This document shows positions 51,901-52,909 of a stretch of 52,909 nucleotides of DNA, in pieces (position 1 is the stretch's first letter; each line of letters opens with the position of its first letter). The DNA comes from an uncultured Planctomycetia bacterium. GTDB lineage: Bacteria > Omnitrophota > Gorgyraeia > Tantalellales > Tantalellaceae. Location of the stretch: the NCBI GenBank assembly GCA_964421015.1, contig CAYQUS010000006.1:47096-100004 (forward strand), in the 5' to 3' direction. The notes under the pieces were generated by a model. That model was not told where the DNA came from. It did not search any database and saw only the letters and a list, made by a program, of their open reading frames with translations. The position numbers were made by a program, and so were the translations under genes.

Positions 51901-52909
51901 GTGATAGCGGGCGAGCTCGAACCCACATTTCCGTCCGATAAGCTCGATACTCTTTTTGACAATTCCTACGACGGCGGATTTTTGTGGCAGGACGATCGGT
52001 ACTCGATATCCGACTGGGAAAAGGAGGAGCTCTCGAGCTGGTTCAGGGGAGAGACTATCACGTACGAATACCATCCTTCGGGCGTTAAAAGTCTTGAAGT
52101 ATCGTCGGATGGTACCGAGAAGGAATTCGAGGATTCGGAACTTAACCTTCTTCTTAAGGTGACTTATACCTCTACGGGCGCTTACAAAGAGTATTCCTAT
52201 TATGATGGCACTTGTAATGTAAGCGAGATAGTTTTTTATCTCTCTGACGGGTCTATTTTTATGGGCGAGGAGTACGGATATGAAGGTGACCTTACGGCGA
52301 GGAGCATGTATTACGCATCGGGCATTCTTAAAAGTGTTACTCGTACAGACGGCACATGGGAAAACTACTCTGAAACCGGAGAGCTTACTGAAAGCGGCGA
52401 AACTATCGCCGATACGGAAGTTACTTATGACGGGACAGGCAGGATAATTAAAGTAAAAGTTTCCGGCAGGGAAGAAACAAGAAAATACGTCGAGCCTGAA
52501 GGTATGGATGTGCTTTACACTTACGCGTTAACGGGCGGAATCGTAACCGGAGTTTTTGAAGGATACTATGACGGCATAGAGCTTTTGTCGTCGAGTTACC
52601 CTGACACTGCCGGCGAGGTCACGGTTACGTATGACGGCGGCATAAAAGCCGGTTATTCGGGCGGGATGATAAAGTCGCTTTCGGTGGAAGATGGCTTTGT
52701 GAACTTTTATTCCGATACTTCTACGGTATGTCAGAACGGCGCGGACGGTACGCTTTATGTTTTTGAAGCAGGGTATCTTTCGCGTGTAGTGACCCCGCTT
52801 GGCAACGTTTACGATTTTACGGTGATCGAGGACGCCGCCACGGTAACCGTAACGCCCGAAAGCGCGGTTATAGGCGATGCGTTATTCGGTCTTTCCGGAG
52901 GCAAGTTCT
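48916..52909 (+). CDS. Large exported YD/RHS-like repeat protein with an embedded GH5-like domain (partial, >1330 aa, runs off window)
   Basis: Hand translation from ATG 48916 is open to the window end. Signal-like MSHVSHFRVPLKMISAVVAGIFLFQEIVWA; Tyr-rich beta repeats (YSYDEAGRI, YTYDAEWKV, YEYDETGRP); clan GH-A motifs at 51181-52040 (KGVNLPW, WDIINEPE, QYHYY, IAGE). Confidence 0.9.
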   Translation, partial: MSHVSHFRVPLKMISAVVAGIFLFQEIVWAGDIVSLIQPASEPAPNSSSVEVIQSGQTQAETLIAAKNAIEDFSLQVSPGAATLSTSHGIEYDREVVGTTGWTFYYRSDVLVEKSHEDGRAYVYSYDEAGRISAFDYYKAGDVFYYTQEYDRDANGNVTAARRVFSNGNTYHYTPNWKVTRIDYADGRAITYTYDAEWKVTGRVMYYAAGGVQYSETYSYDASGALEGITRAFTGGNTYHYAANWKTLRIDYADGRALTYTYDAEWKVTGRVMYYAPGGVYYSETYFYDVSGELEGITRLFDNGNTYHYSPNWKVMRIDYADGRVLTYVYDGSWGLSERIMYRADGTRQYRYTYVSGVLSAKELYYISGNLSSVTYTVSDEKGFAYYRYVDEDLNGTGIGRLKLARLAERNDAGELAFEYSYSGSTMYVNSYSEVSGGDLIAEYRYNQEGVLARKIDHVSGTTFMYYAVSGRLFSMETSVPDESGNTLYLYMDEDFYAASEHPAGYYGRVSAFMRTEPDSDSAVTFNVAYDNESSDMARTVSGTSGETILVSRYLYADTGSLVSKTTFYESGLTESVTFSVPDAEGFVYYHYADTEFAATGQGLADIKILSVPDPDGSIAYSYEYHETGIVQRRTGYAEADYSLSREPVISAVTAIYEYDETGRPVVHFDEIIGSYGIRRELDGSLLTYMLDGSGGSYLHTVSSAEGGFLDVYERDDAMALVSVRRTYDDGVIELYEPMDGEGNYLRLIEKKIPERPFIKGVNLPWMNYGYDLGELPGSDLHYGFSSREADLYSKFDMWKGSYVRVFLFTDLRSSIEFDTEGFAVGFTDRVFEDMRSLLDAAKTFGVKLVPVLFDYGIADGVTHEGEYEVGENPGVILDDAKKAALMDVLSGFFEEFAANDAVYAWDIINEPEWSVDSGTVNLEAMRVFVSGMSGLIRSKAPEALVTLGSRNRTDMALNWQGLGLDIYQYHYYDRFEDEGYPLDYPAGDLALDGPVIAGELEPTFPSDKLDTLFDNSYDGGFLWQDDRYSISDWEKEELSSWFRGETITYEYHPSGVKSLEVSSDGTEKEFEDSELNLLLKVTYTSTGAYKEYSYYDGTCNVSEIVFYLSDGSIFMGEEYGYEGDLTARSMYYASGILKSVTRTDGTWENYSETGELTESGETIADTEVTYDGTGRIIKVKVSGREETRKYVEPEGMDVLYTYALTGGIVTGVFEGYYDGIELLSSSYPDTAGEVTVTYDGGIKAGYSGGMIKSLSVEDGFVNFYSDTSTVCQNGADGTLYVFEAGYLSRVVTPLGNVYDFTVIEDAATVTVTPESAVIGDALFGLSGGKF

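Noticed and set aside
138-52162. Numerous 60-340 aa ORFs antisense to or overlapping the main genes (e.g. 4678-5649, 33967-34773, 36540-37562)
   Set aside because: They are shadows of well-supported genes on the opposite strand, with no recognisable motifs.

Overview
Bacterial chromosomal window, almost entirely + strand. It is most likely Ca. Omnitrophota, inferred from the style of the giant genes rather than from a marker gene. Two housekeeping blocks are present: uppS(partial)-cdsA-dxr-rseP-ispG-proS, and rimP-nusA-infB-trpS-scpA-scpB-pheA-hisC-aroF-tyrA-cmk-plsC-rpsA. Between them lie an FNR-like oxidoreductase gene and a 23.5 kb gene encoding a 7833 aa exported multi-domain protein. Its recognisable motifs include a TraB/ChaN-like N-terminal domain, a lytic-transglycosylase-like domain, five HExxH metallopeptidase motifs, FHA, two SAM methyltransferases, an ABC1/AarF kinase, TPR-like repeats and GT9. 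Recurring linker motifs and two internal twin-arginine-like motifs punctuate it. The giant gene is flanked on both sides by direct copies of a ~160-180 nt highly base-paired non-coding element, and several families of small palindromic repeats recur in the intergenic gaps. After rpsA come a MerR-type HTH gene with a Cys-rich tail, a GMC oxidoreductase and a DUF2148-like gene. A second large exported gene, absent from the ORF track because it runs off the window, follows a promoter and a G15 tract. It encodes YD/RHS-like repeats with an embedded GH5-like glycoside hydrolase domain. No rRNA, tRNA, CRISPR array or intact transposase was seen. All domain calls come from motifs read by eye; no searches were run.
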